From the sequence record LC768500.1: a DNA stretch of 64,000 nucleotides; one strand, written 5' to 3'. Shown here in pieces: positions 28,801 to 38,248 of the stretch. How positions within the stretch are numbered: the first letter of the stretch is position 1; every line of letters begins with the position of its first letter. The notes below the pieces were generated by a model. That model searched no databases. It had not been told where the DNA came from and saw nothing but the letters and a program-made list of their open reading frames with translations. A program made the translations under genes and the position numbers.

Positions 28801-29685
28801 CAGATAACCCATCACCCCACCGGACCTACGTCCGATTGTGGAGAAGATGGAATCACGCAATCTACCTTTAGCTGCCATAGCCAGGGAAGTTTTCTCGTAA
28901 TCACTCTTACCCGAATTAAGAGTGATCTTTTTAAGCTCGTCAATCTGACGATGCATCGAGGCTTCCATGAACTTGTAGTATTTAGCGTTGGTTAAATGCA
29001 TCCGAGCCAATAAGTTGATTTTAACCGCATCGTTCTTAGCCTGGATTTTATTCTGGTAACGCAAAATACCTTGAAGGGTGGTCGAGATCCCGCCTAACAG
29101 CGAATTGGTTGCTTGTTGCTGAGCTAATTGACGACCGCCAACTACCGCGGTCATGTTGTTGATAGCCCGCCCAATACCCACCATTGTTCCTGTCTGCTGG
29201 GCCGTAACTCCGCTTATAAAACCGGCTAAGCCATCTTCATCGACTTCTCCCATACTTGGATCAGAAGGCGTGTATCCTCCTTGATCCCAATGGCTAAAGT
29301 CCTTATTGCTGAAGGTCTCCAACCCCTGGGCAATTTTATTAGGAGCCTTGTCGCCGTGGCGGTCTAAGGTCATCTGAGCAATTGCCTGGAGATCTTCCAC
29401 CATATCTTTTGATCCGGCTTTGACCTCACTTAGGATCTCCTGCTTCTTCCAATCAAACTCTCTTTTTAAATCAAAGACAGTCCCAAATGATTTTGGGAGG
29501 AGCATTTTAGCCGTTCTCAACCTACCTTCTGAACTTCCTATCGTACCGCTGTGGAGCTCACTGAGAAAACCGCTCCCCATGCTCGCAAAGAAACCTTTTT
29601 TAGGTGCGTTATCGAAGTCGAAGTCGAAATCTATATCGCCGGCGAATGGGTCGTCTCCCCAATCGTCGAAATCATCTTTAGCCAT
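22879..29685 (-). CDS. Tail tape-measure-like virion protein with C-terminal GH19 lysozyme domain (phiKZ gp181 position)
   Basis: 2268 aa, acidic N-terminus; FESGGF...ANAVYGGRLGN...DGWLYRGRGFIQLTGKDN is the GH19 signature; divergent from vRNAP beta'. Confidence 0.88.
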   Translation of the reverse strand: MAKDDFDDWGDDPFAGDIDFDFDFDNAPKKGFFASMGSGFLSELHSGTIGSSEGRLRTAKMLLPKSFGTVFDLKREFDWKKQEILSEVKAGSKDMVEDLQAIAQMTLDRHGDKAPNKIAQGLETFSNKDFSHWDQGGYTPSDPSMGEVDEDGLAGFISGVTAQQTGTMVGIGRAINNMTAVVGGRQLAQQQATNSLLGGISTTLQGILRYQNKIQAKNDAVKINLLARMHLTNAKYYKFMEASMHRQIDELKKITLNSGKSDYEKTSLAMAAKGRLRDSIFSTIGRRSGGVMGYLSETFGKEAREGMLSGLSGMVGAGRMGMEMSEGMGLNMGTIIGQMLANEVIERGPAFFKSGQGAKLINKLATLYPKEAKNIRRQYRKLEQLGSVLSYAGTNAAGLAGTILRNNANYEEDFSTYDDYLDSLAPGEKRLSERAWRLKQTGKNFLGNRLNDLSFNINDSRGKQYELKKRNLMDLTQPSYWSSQSDRTLNEIIPGWFAKLHLSLEKIRTGNDNLKEERFDYRSGKFLSHKQTQNAVKRNLLNGREFSGLASGTSDMVSVIDKNGTLSPEAKRFLSYRLARDVDQDKGFNPFNYFGMEDEDGLTPSIRKEIEQVMRGSFRLTDQHIEAAKKSGLAGIKAQLNMPTAKSKRLAADLSLRAKNLKGYLPNISQQIDLLRNAGYDPLLREMNLINSENGSDFFNTDAIWDRLKSELNGNEGLIEEDDVGPLPTRGGMGGGNSKTIINNRRGLSGKDSGKLVTALSELTEQLKLGIPGRQDGNALSPEQVKSLTDSVMGIRDINQEQLEVLKQILSRQPAEVNKPKTDAEDAADTAQKKTILDRIKSLGGIKDIFSAGMDKLLAHEPLMLGGMLGGLAGLAIHDPKTAALIGGGAAAWALYTKVRSMADARDVSDDEDIYDGESEDPILEARKLRARQYYDKVLKKIITSWKEIKGSIVDLGTKVVISAKRLSGKLFSAEGKAVVLRGLNAVKSAGLKLFNWLDPLNRLKGIGQGITNRITQMDVYRVGEDSPVLTRKGFENGKYFKRLNGSVVPVKGWRDIDGPVYDENGDVIITQAEYEDGLITSGGMKIESLKRMTGVMGGKLLDLGRKLGDRAKGYGKRAGDKINDLVTADYTPITNSVDRIYALLCRKFGYDINDMPDIKADIVNETSRMGNTDDVRLNSLEDKERKAKAERESRYQDAIIDLAGHREGERGSGSPDEEKKGGGFLNGLLGFVKNPMGTILGGVAGLGVKLSKFLTLGITTLPAIVSGLTSLAKILTVGLLGRRASDGVDDIVDAAGGASGRRRGRRTRGGRVGRGRAFKFGLAGLATAGLGMYLDATNEEHEGTNWKDVASNTLTAASAVSLGSSAMSAMGINLGIGSAIASGASAAGSAIVSGTGALATAVAPLLFNPVTLGIGAVAVAGYLIYKYYAKGKGSQFKLRMAQYGIKDVESDLAAKIRSAEEALREYVVVTAGVASIAKSAPLEQIFQSFIPQANDKGQQQAYFTWFNLRFKPIFLTYASAIDTAGYRDFETFDKSTDAKLYSTVSTINDRIGTINPYPYQIAAQFDEATPIMGKDQTINQVRLYLDELKSFNERHGRTAEGIEKEGIVTMKTSAEQVEKSEKAGWWSSLKMRVGGTYEDRSDIEEINKRYPVTKSVMEINITDLLPGGDKPLAGITALRLAAYGDTEHIPWRVEAVLKLERYCEDYISVIGNDARFTSTTGAVYNLFKNSFRITDDQANQWCTWFRDRFLPVCMAWVKYVRIMRGVKPSAGWKSMTATNAFDFAKELLGLKVNIGKTPTSVWEVKWSPFPNTTSGSITPQVKAIVNNLDTAAKNAKLNFGDKEVKASGAKEVVPYTSAHSMGEGGLNQAVATAAMGDNVIAGGQPVINYKPITGNTDTSTVDLSGVTPVGGSGGGDKGVSVPQKAAEQLIMKEMIKAGFTDPRLIAEMLALANFESGGFKNTAENMNYKPGRLLEIFPGRVKSMGQAQQIVAGGPQAIANAVYGGRLGNSGPNDGWLYRGRGFIQLTGKDNFRAASQYVGKDLVKNPELVSTDPEVMAKTLIWYLSNGSTGKRLQSIVKNNSFEYAAQGLNPNGLPDMPARTRLYQQYMKRLTSNELTVDPNAGATPSSSGETPPSSVSSVSPDAKPPTMKSENVGTANSVAAVSAITTPSVNQGPKPIGAVPSTPVSEGSVAYKSDPANPLNRVKVPTEQSTSAPPTPLAKPVQQPDPVATAQVQAQGRTNDLLAQLLKEIQNQKAPDPRMGYTSK

Positions 29686-29705
29686 TTTAACCTCGTGGTG
29701 CGAAT

Positions 29706-31145
29706 ATGCAACCTACTAATATTACGTTATTGAACCCAAACAAAGTGGCTTGGGCTCTCATGAAAGCCGTGACGTCAACAGACGTCCATGAGGGGATGAC
29801 CAACAACCTTCATGAAGATGGTTTATACTCTCCAACAATCTTCGGTCGTGTCGGTACCGACCAACGAGATAAAACTCAATCTTACATCAATGTTAAGATT
29901 CCTGTCTTCAACCCGACTTATTTTAAGGCTTTGATTGGGTTAAAGGGTTTGTATCTCGGAATAATCAAAGGGACGGAATACGCCCTTTGGGACGCATCAG
30001 AACGCGACTTCATAAAATCAAACCTCCTGGAAGGAGAAACCGGCTACAGTTTCTTTATGCGTCACTTTTACGACTTAGAGCCTAAGTTAAACGAAAGTTA
30101 TAAACGCAAACAGCGCGTAGAACTCTTTAATAAATTTAAAGACATCGCGTTGACTAAAAACATCATTGTCCTGCCGGCTGGTATTCGCGATATTCAAATA
30201 GAACCTAACGGACAAATCGTCGAGCCTGAAATAAATGATTTCTATCGTAAACTGATCTTCCGTAGTCGCAGCGTGGTTATCCAGGAAGGTGAAGAAGATA
30301 ATCCGATTTACGATAACATCCGTTGGGCGATTCAAAGCGTGTTTAACGATATCGATGATTATATCTTCCGACTGATGGAAGGTAAGCGTGGATTCTTACA
30401 GCGCCGAGTCTCAACTCGTGGTGTCGTCGGGGGTACTCGTAACGTTATTACCGCTCGTAAAGTTTCTGTTGCTGATGCGGATGATGATAATGGGGTTGAC
30501 GTTAACACCACAGATATCGGGATGTATCAAGCGCTGTTGGGTTTCCAATACGTTGCACGATATGCGTTACTTAAAGGTTTCTTAAGCCGCGTGTTTACGG
30601 TAGGGTCAAGTACGGCTAAACTCGTCGACCCCAGAACCTTTGAATATCAATACGTTGAAGTTGAGAGCAACATTGTTGACAAATGGTTGTCAGCCGATGG
30701 ACTCACCGCTTTGTTCAACGGATTCGGCACCAGGCACTTGCGTCATAAACCGATCAAAATCAACGGTTATTACATGGGCCTGACCTATGATGACGGTAAA
30801 TATGTCAAGTTACTCGGTGACGTAACCGAACTTCCTCCTGGGTTTGATAAGAAGTTCTGCAAACCATTGACTTACATGGAACTCTTCTATTTAAGTTGTG
30901 TCGAAGAAATAGAAAAGAGGATGCTTCAGGTTACCCGTTATCCGATTACTGGGATGGGGTCCATCTATCCTAGCTTCATCAAAATCAAAACAACGACTAA
31001 CGCCCAAAAAAGAATTATTTTAGATGATTACTGGGAAGAAGGTTATCGTTGCACATACTACCCAGTCAGAGAAACTAAACCAGATTATTTCGACGCCATG
31101 AGTGTCGATGGTAGTCGGTTAGGATTACTCGGCGGGGACTTCGAT
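29706..31145 (+). CDS. Virion RNAP beta' N-terminal subunit (phiKZ gp180-like), exon 1
   Basis: GLYSPTIFG, GKRGFLQRR..RGV; ends LLGGDFD exactly before the stop. Confidence 0.92.
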
Positions 31146-31525
31146 TGATTGCAAATCACATTTGCACAGTCCCACTAGACGCGAAAGCTCTAGTGCGTAT
31201 CTCCTTGAATTGTCTGGGAAGCTCACAAAAGTCTGATGCCTGCTTAGCAGGAGCCGATAAGGCAGAAATAAGTTCAGACCTGACCTATGCTAAACAATAA
31301 GGCTAAGGGTTATTAACAAGGGGCCATCAGCAGCGAACCCTACTTCGGTAGGAGACGTTCAACGACTAGAGCGGAAGCGCTCGTACTCTTTACAGGGAGT
31401 AAAGAGGAAGTGGGGAGAGGGCTAAGTTCGGCACTAGCCGAATACGTCTAAGATATAGTCTCGACGTCCAAGGTAAGACTTGGAGTACGCTAAAGCGTAG
31501 GGGTGTGGAAACACCTTAAGAACCG
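31146..31525 (+). mobile_element. Group I intron (IA2-like), ORF-less, 380 nt, in the catalytic DFD|GD motif
   Basis: U|...G junctions restore the frame; P1 with U31145-G31169 wobble; AATTGTCTGGGAA, ATCAGCAG, GTTCAACGACTA (31357), AAGATATAGTCT (31450); P2, P7.1, P7.2, P8 and P9-P9.2 hairpins. Confidence 0.93.
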
Positions 31526-31699
31526 GGCGACCAGTTGAATTCTAATTCAATCAACGGAGAGGATGCTATTGCTGAAGCTAAAGCTTTAATGGGCAGACGC
31601 GATTACTATATCACCGGCACGGGGCAGTTCCTTTACAGTCCAACGGTGGAACCTCACGAATTCTTATTCCGAAATCTCAGTAACGGACTCAACCTATGA
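31526..31699 (+). CDS. Virion RNAP beta' N-terminal subunit, exon 2 (57 aa; spliced protein 537 aa)
   Basis: GDQLNSNSINGEDAIAEAKALMGRRDYY...NGLNL*; its TGA overlaps the ATG of beta (ATGA). Confidence 0.9.
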   Translation, partial: GDQLNSNSINGEDAIAEAKALMGRRDYYITGTGQFLYSPTVEPHEFLFRNLSNGLNL

Positions 31700-34600
31700 G
31701 CGTATTATACCAACAGTTCTTCCGTAATTTTGTTCTTAGGAAAAAACAAGAAATTACAAATCCTAAGTTTCACCATCTGACGGATATGGTGTTGCCGAGA
31801 GAATCGGTAATGATGTATCTACCGAAGACGCAAGAAGATATCGGCCCAAGTACCGAGGAGCCCTTAATAGGGACTTACCCTGATGGGGTTAACATTTATT
31901 TCAACAGTCTTTATATAACCCCCATCGGAAGAACTCGACCCGTTCCCTTTAACGAAAAGCAATCTATACAGCTTTATCGTAAAAGCCATTTCAAATACAA
32001 CTGGGCGAGGACGCTGTCCAACTACCTGAGCCGTCGTCAGGAACTGTTGGTAAACAACATAGCGATGGGACCCCATCGTCACCGTTATGTCTTTACTCGC
32101 TTTGTTCAGTTCGAACGAGCTTACAACCAACTGGCTTCTGGGATTGAAGCCGTTAAGCAAATGAGTAAGGAAACGACCCGCAATCAATACTGGCGAATAG
32201 AACTTCCTCCAAGCATCCCCGATTATCGTCAACTGCTGGTAGCCGTCGATCATTATAAGAAGGCGTTCAAAGACGGTGTTTATACCACCACTGACAATCA
32301 GGCTGTACTCCCGTTTAAGGGCTACGGTTCTTATTGGATCATGGATTGGTACCTCTTCTTGATAGGCGAAAAGAACTACAGTCTGTTTAATCGCTTAGAT
32401 AAAGAAGAAATGGATAAACTCCACATCATCTTTAGTCATAATGGACTCAGCTGGGTAGTTAACCTTGGTATCGTCTCTCAATGGATGGAAGAACTTAACG
32501 ACAAGCACGGCAATCCCACCAGTATGCGTGTTAACGCGGCTAAACGGTTCCTGCTTGGATTTAGGGCTCTGATAGCGGGCGGCACGCTAAGCGAAACCAT
32601 AGAGGAGAAATCTCATGCCGCTGAGAATGTCGGATTGGGTACTGGAACGCCAGAAGAGGAAAGAAGAAGCCAGGAAGCTAATAAGGAATCAGAAGAAGAA
32701 CCGCTGGATCTCGATGAGTCTGAAGAGATTACTGATCAGTCTGTTACTATGCTTGATCTTTTCATGGGCAGCAAAAAGGCTGATACAGAATCTGATGATG
32801 ACCAAGGAGGAGAGGATTCAGGAGGAGCTGATGAGAATCACGGAGAAGAGTGGGCTGCAGCGGTCGACGATGAATTACTTTATAACGCCGAAACAGAAGG
32901 ATTAGGGGAAACCAAGAAAGTTATTTTCAGTACCCCAGAATCTGGTATCCTGAGAGCCTTAGAGCAAAGAGCCAAGGCCGGGACATTAACTGTTGCGGAA
33001 CAACGTTATTACACTAATCTCGCGCAATCATACAAAACGATCAAAATGCCTAACGGTGAAAGTCTTGAAAGTTTTGTTAAGATCGATCAGGCCAAACTCC
33101 GCCACCTTCCTGCTAAAATTGCTCCTGAGATGAGAGGGATCATCGACCCTTCTCAGCTACAAAGTAGAGCGACCAATCTTAAAACGAAATACTCTGAAGA
33201 ATTCCTTAATCGGGATATAGCCGGGATGATACTGAACATTCAGAACGCCGGTATCGTTTTAACCGACCTGAAACGTGAACGTATCGTCAATGCGGAATCG
33301 GCTTACGACGTTTATACCATGAACGTCCATCCTGTTGGCGGATCGCCTAAGACCGCAATGTTCCGCATCCCCAAAATTGACAAAGACGGAACCTTCACTG
33401 TCGATGGGGTAAAACAACATCTTCAACTTCAGCGTATGGAAATACCAATTCGTAAGATAAACTCTGAGCAGGTTGCTTTGACGAGTTATTATGACCGCAA
33501 GATCATGATGTCTCGTTCGACAAAGGTTGCAGATGATTACGGATTGTGGCTGAACAAACAACTTATTCTGTTGGGTGAGGCCGGTAAAGTATCTGGGGTG
33601 TTGGGCGATGTCTATAATCGTAGTTACGCTGTTCCTCGTACTTATTCTGCGTTAGCCAAGCGGTACCGAACATTAAAGGCTGGTGGGATTGAATTCAACT
33701 TCGATCTTTCTAGTCTTGTTGGCTCAGAGAAAGAAATCAAGAAACTGATTTCTCCTAACTGGGTTCCGGTGGCTAAAGAAGGTGACGGCTTCATCTTTAT
33801 GGATGATGGCGGTAACCTTTACAAAGATAAGACACACATTGGTTCTTTCGAAAGCCGCTGTGGAATTGACACGACGAAGGCCCCAGTCGATATCGTTACG
33901 GTGAATGTAAACGGATACGCTTTCCCTATCGGTGTAGTGCTCGCTTACTACTTCGGATTCGACGAACTTCTTAAAGCACTCAATGCTGACTATCGGACCG
34001 TTCCGGCCGGTGAGAAAGTTCGGATGGGTCAGGACGAATACGCGATAACCTTTAACGACGAAACGCTTATTTTCAACAGACGGGATAGTTTAACCGCACT
34101 TATCATGGGCGGATTCCGGAAGTTAGCGAATCTCAGTAACTTCTCTCGCTATGACCTAAACACAAAAGGTGTATGGGTGCCGGCTATCGGGGATAAGAAA
34201 GTCAAACCTGGTCATTTTGATGAAATGCGTTTGATGTTCGAAATGTTCATCGATCCGATCACCAAATCTGAACTGGTTAAAAGGGGCTATCCGACTGAGC
34301 TTCATTATCTCATGATCGAAGGCGTGAAAATGCTGAACACCGATCGAACTGCTCACGAGATAGAATTAACTGAGCAACGTTTCGTTGGGTATGAACGTTT
34401 TGCTGGCCGAGTCTATAATGAGATTGTTAAGTCAACGCGTCAATTCAGGAATAAAGGTAACGACAAACGTTTCACCTTCGATATGAACCCTGAAGCGGTT
34501 ATCATGAGTATCATCACCGATACAAGTGTAAACCTAGTCGAAGAGGTTAACCCCATCCACGAAATCAAAGAACAGGAAGTTGTTACCTTTGGTGGTACTG

Positions 34601-34843
34601 GTGGGCGAAGTGAAACGACAATGGTCAGACGTACACGTGGTCAGCAAGAGAACTATGCTGGGGTTATCTCCGAGGCTGGTAAAGACTCCGGTAAAGTTGG
34701 GTTCGTGAGTTACTTAACGAGCAACCCTAAGATCGCCGATTTCCGTGGTAACGTCGACCTAAGCATGCCTGACACTCTGAGCGGCAGACTGTCGGTAACA
34801 TCCAACCTTTTAGCTCACTCGACCTCCGATGACCCAAAACGGT
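31696..34843 (+). CDS. Virion RNAP beta subunit (phiKZ gp178-like), exon 1
   Basis: TFGGTGG, GVISEAGKDSGKVG, SDDPKR = RpoB HDDANR. Confidence 0.92.
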
Positions 34844-34857
34844 TAACTGTAATATTT

Positions 34858-34889
34858 TCCTGAGTACAATATTATGTTGAGACTCAGGA
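34858..34889 (+). promoter_or_regulatory. RBS-sequestering hairpin upstream of the intron HNH gene
   Basis: TCCTGAGT (34858-65) pairs perfectly with ACTCAGGA (34882-89), covering AGGAG; TATG in the loop at 34873-76. Confidence 0.7.
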
Positions 34890-34899
34890 GCAAATTAAG

Positions 34900-35952
34900 A
34901 TGAAACCAATTGAGTGTAAAGATTTTCCAGGGTATTACGAGATACCCAATTTTTCCAAGTACTGCATTAATAAAAAATCAGATATTATTCATAAACGCAA
35001 AAACAAAAAAATCAGACAGTACGACGTTAAATCTTCTGTGACGTCCAGGCCAGAAACCGGGTGTTATAAAAGAGTGACGATGTATTCTGATGATAAAAAA
35101 CTCCACGCCTTTTCGGTCCATCGGTTAATGGGCTTGGTGTTTAAACATCCTGGTGCCGGGTTTCACTCTCTACAGGTCCACCACGGAGATGGGATAAAAT
35201 TTCATAACGACATCGATAACTTAGAATGGGTTACACCCAAGACCAATATTGTTTTAGCAAACGATTATTACATGGGTAAAGCTAAAATACCTGTCCAAGC
35301 TAGGTCTAAAAACGGTGAAGTTCTAAATTTTTCTAATCTAAGTGATTGTGCTAAATTACTCGGGATCCATAGGACAACCCTTATCTCCAGATTAAGTACG
35401 TTTGGAGAAAAGTTTGTTCACCCAGAGGGCTATCAACTGAGGTACGGAAATTCCGATAAGCCATGGGTTGCACCAGACGAAGAATCAGCTAAGGACTTAG
35501 ATGAGTTTTACTCGTCACCCATTTTGGTAAAAAATCTCAACACTGGCGAAGTGAGGGAATTTAAAACAGCCAAAGGCGTGATGGAATTAATAGTAAGATC
35601 TCCGTCAAGCATAAGTACTTTGAGTAATGATTCGACTCAACCCATTGTGATGGGTAAAGATAACGTACCGTACATTCTCATAAAAAAATATTCTGGGGTC
35701 GATTTCAGGAGAGTTGACGATCCAATGAATGATTTTGTCGAACAACAGACCAATACCAGAACGGTAGTTGCGACGAATGTTACGACTAATGAAAAGAGAG
35801 TTTATACGACCGCGCAGGCGTGCGCATCTGATTTTGGAATAGGAAAAACTACACTTAATTGGCGTCTTAAGAAACCCATCCCTGGTGTTTTCGACGGATG
35901 GATTTTTAGATATTACGAGGCCCGTATGGGAGGAAACACCCATACGCAATAA
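34900..35952 (+). CDS. Intron-encoded NUMOD4-HNH homing endonuclease with NUMOD1-like repeats
   Basis: YYEIPNFSKYCI, VHRLMGLVF...QVHHGDGIKFHNDIDNLEWVTPKTN, repeated F.....CA..LGI..TTL..RL helices. Confidence 0.92.
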   Translation: MKPIECKDFPGYYEIPNFSKYCINKKSDIIHKRKNKKIRQYDVKSSVTSRPETGCYKRVTMYSDDKKLHAFSVHRLMGLVFKHPGAGFHSLQVHHGDGIKFHNDIDNLEWVTPKTNIVLANDYYMGKAKIPVQARSKNGEVLNFSNLSDCAKLLGIHRTTLISRLSTFGEKFVHPEGYQLRYGNSDKPWVAPDEESAKDLDEFYSSPILVKNLNTGEVREFKTAKGVMELIVRSPSSISTLSNDSTQPIVMGKDNVPYILIKKYSGVDFRRVDDPMNDFVEQQTNTRTVVATNVTTNEKRVYTTAQACASDFGIGKTTLNWRLKKPIPGVFDGWIFRYYEARMGGNTHTQ

Positions 35953-36277
35953 TCTTTAATTGTTCTGGGACGATCTCGAAGACTCTCATACCAAAGCGGA
36001 ATACGAAAGTATAGACGTCATGGTTTTAAAAGTTGAGAAGAGAGACGATCTAGCAGCGAAGCACCTACGTATCTTCGAGAGAAGAGATAGGGTGAACGTT
36101 CAACGACTATGGGTGAAACTCCCAGTAGATTTTACATGAAGTAATTTCGAAACAGGATTCCCTTCGAGTGAGCTGAAGAAGCTCGATACTCATGGGTGAA
36201 ATATAGTCTGCTCCCTACGGCGACGTAGCGGCGGGTGTCATAGCACACCGGGTTGAAGGAAGCAACCGGACATAAGG

Positions 36278-37386
36278 CTCTGTTCTCCGGGGTTCAGCAA
36301 AGCCAGGGGGTGTCTGCGACTAACTATCAGACCAACTGGTTACGTACCGGGGATGAATTGGTTATCGCACACCGGACATCCGAGCTTTATTCTAAACCAG
36401 CTAAACTCGACGGTAAAGTAATAAAGCTTACCAAAGAAGGCTTGGTGGTCGAATACAAGGATGGAACGACGGACAGTTATCCGTTAGGCTTAACCATCGG
36501 CAGTGCGTCTGGTGAATTCCACAGACACACAAGAGTCACTGATTTAAAAGTTGGTGATAGTTTCAATGCCGGGGATATTATCGGTTGGGACGAAATGTAC
36601 TTTGAAAGGGATTTGGCTAACCCTAATCAGGTGGCGTGGAAATGCGGGGTAATGGTGAGGATTGCCTTTGTTGAGAATCAGTTCACGTTTGAAGACTCCA
36701 TTGAGGTTTCTAAAGACTTCGCTGAGCAGACGAAAACGCCTTATTTGAAGTTGAAAGAATTCTCTTTAGACTTCGAACAAACTCTCGTCCCTCACGTAGA
36801 AGTCGGGTCGGAAGTCGACATGGACGCGATTTTATGCTCGATAGAGGATCCCCACGTAAGTGGTCTGGACGATTCTGATGACACTTTCTCAGGATTAGAG
36901 CGTTTAGGGGTTAAACAAATTCGGTCTAACCATCATGGCCGTGTTGTTAAAATTGAGTGTGTTTATAACGGTTCAATTGAAGACATGTCAGATAGCCTGA
37001 AAGGGTTTGTGGCTAAGTTAGATAAAGAACGTCAACAGCTCAATAAGGTCACTCATACCGGGATCGTTAACGGTAACGTTGGGGGAAACACGTATGTTAA
37101 GAAAGCCAGTGTTGAACCTAATCGGGTTACGGTTAAAATCTTTATTGAGGATCTCAATAGCTCCGAAACCGCCGATAAATTTGTGGTCGGTAACCAGATG
37201 AAAGGTACCGTGGGGAATATCGTGAACTACACAATGCGTACACTGGATGGTCGTATTGTCAAGATTCGATTCTCATTTAAATCGATGTTCAACCGTATGG
37301 TTCTGAGCTTACGAGATAAAATGGGCATCAATGAAGTTAACGCCAACCGCACTTCGGCAGCAGTTAAAGCTTTCAGAGGAAAATAA
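36278..37386 (+). CDS. Virion RNAP beta subunit, exon 2 (spliced protein about 1418 aa)
   Basis: RIAFVENQFTFEDS, ADKFVVGNQMKGTV = RpoB GDKMAGRHGNKGV region. Confidence 0.9.
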
Positions 37387-37387
37387 A

Positions 37388-38248
37388 ATGTCTATCGCCC
37401 TAACCAAAGCGATTAAAGATATCCAGGTATCTTTAAAAGAGGTGGGGCTTTATCCTTCTAAGATCGATGGTGTATGGGGGGATGGGAGTTCAACTGGCTT
37501 CCTTACCCTCATTAACTATTATGCGTCTAAAGAAGGTAAAGCGTCTCAAGTTAAAATCGGTCCTAAAGTCGGCAACGAAGTAGCCTTTAAAACAGTTCAG
37601 CAACAACTCCAAAACATCGGGCTTTACACCGGCGCGATCGACGGACTTTGGGGTAACGGAACCAAAACCGCTTTGGCAACTCTGAACAGCGCCTTCCGTT
37701 TAGGTTATCAACTGCCTAAATACAGCGCATGCTGGAGTAAGAAGGTTGAACCGGCATTCGTTGCCCGTTGTAAGAAATGGGTGGACGACGAAGCTCTGGT
37801 TCCTGAATGCCTTGATTACGTCATGGCGATTATGTGTTTCGAATCAGGTGGTACCTTCCGACCGGATATTCAGAATGGTGCTGGTGCCAACTATTGGGGT
37901 TTAATCCAATTCGGTACTGCGGCCGCAACCGATCTGGGTACTACTCTTGACAAACTCAAGAAGATGACTCAGATGGAGCAACTGGAGTATGTGTTTAAAT
38001 ACTTCAAGATGCGGATGAGATCGTACAAACTGAAAAGTCTGGAAGATTTCTATATGTCCGTATTTTACCCGGCCGCTATAGGTAAATCTCCTGACACCAT
38101 GATCTTCGCCAATGGTTCTGTTGGCTATCGTCAGAACATCGGTCTGGACGTTGACAAAGACGGTAAGATTACCGTTGGAGAAATCAGCGTTAAAATCTAT
38201 CAAACTTACTACGACGGGATGCTACCCGTTAATCGGAGAATTGTCTAA
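37388..38248 (+). CDS. Modular endolysin: two peptidoglycan-binding repeats plus lytic transglycosylase-like domain
   Basis: LKEVGLYPSKIDGVWGDGS and LQNIGLYTGAIDGLWGNGT repeats; FESGG catalytic Glu, YWGLIQF; ATG 37388. Confidence 0.85.
   Translation: MSIALTKAIKDIQVSLKEVGLYPSKIDGVWGDGSSTGFLTLINYYASKEGKASQVKIGPKVGNEVAFKTVQQQLQNIGLYTGAIDGLWGNGTKTALATLNSAFRLGYQLPKYSACWSKKVEPAFVARCKKWVDDEALVPECLDYVMAIMCFESGGTFRPDIQNGAGANYWGLIQFGTAAATDLGTTLDKLKKMTQMEQLEYVFKYFKMRMRSYKLKSLEDFYMSVFYPAAIGKSPDTMIFANGSVGYRQNIGLDVDKDGKITVGEISVKIYQTYYDGMLPVNRRIV

Larger units (their letters stand above)
34844..36277 (+). mobile_element. Group I intron, 1434 nt, with HNH ORF in the P1 loop
   Basis: Splicing gives DDPKR-S-LFSGVQQSQGV, colinear with RpoB DDANRALMGANMQRQAV; IGS GAG-G-CC at 35917-35922 pairs with both exons; core AATTG (35958), TAGCAG (36051), GTTCAACGACTA (36098), AAATATAGTCT (36199). 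Confidence 0.92.

Noticed and set aside
31146-31148. TGA read-through or stop-codon reassignment in beta'
   Set aside because: The downstream sequence is a group I intron core; TGA, TAG and TAA all terminate genes normally elsewhere in the window
36253-36277. Independent TTG start of a 377-aa ORF
   Set aside because: These codons lie in intron P9 elements; RpoB similarity begins at the 3' splice site
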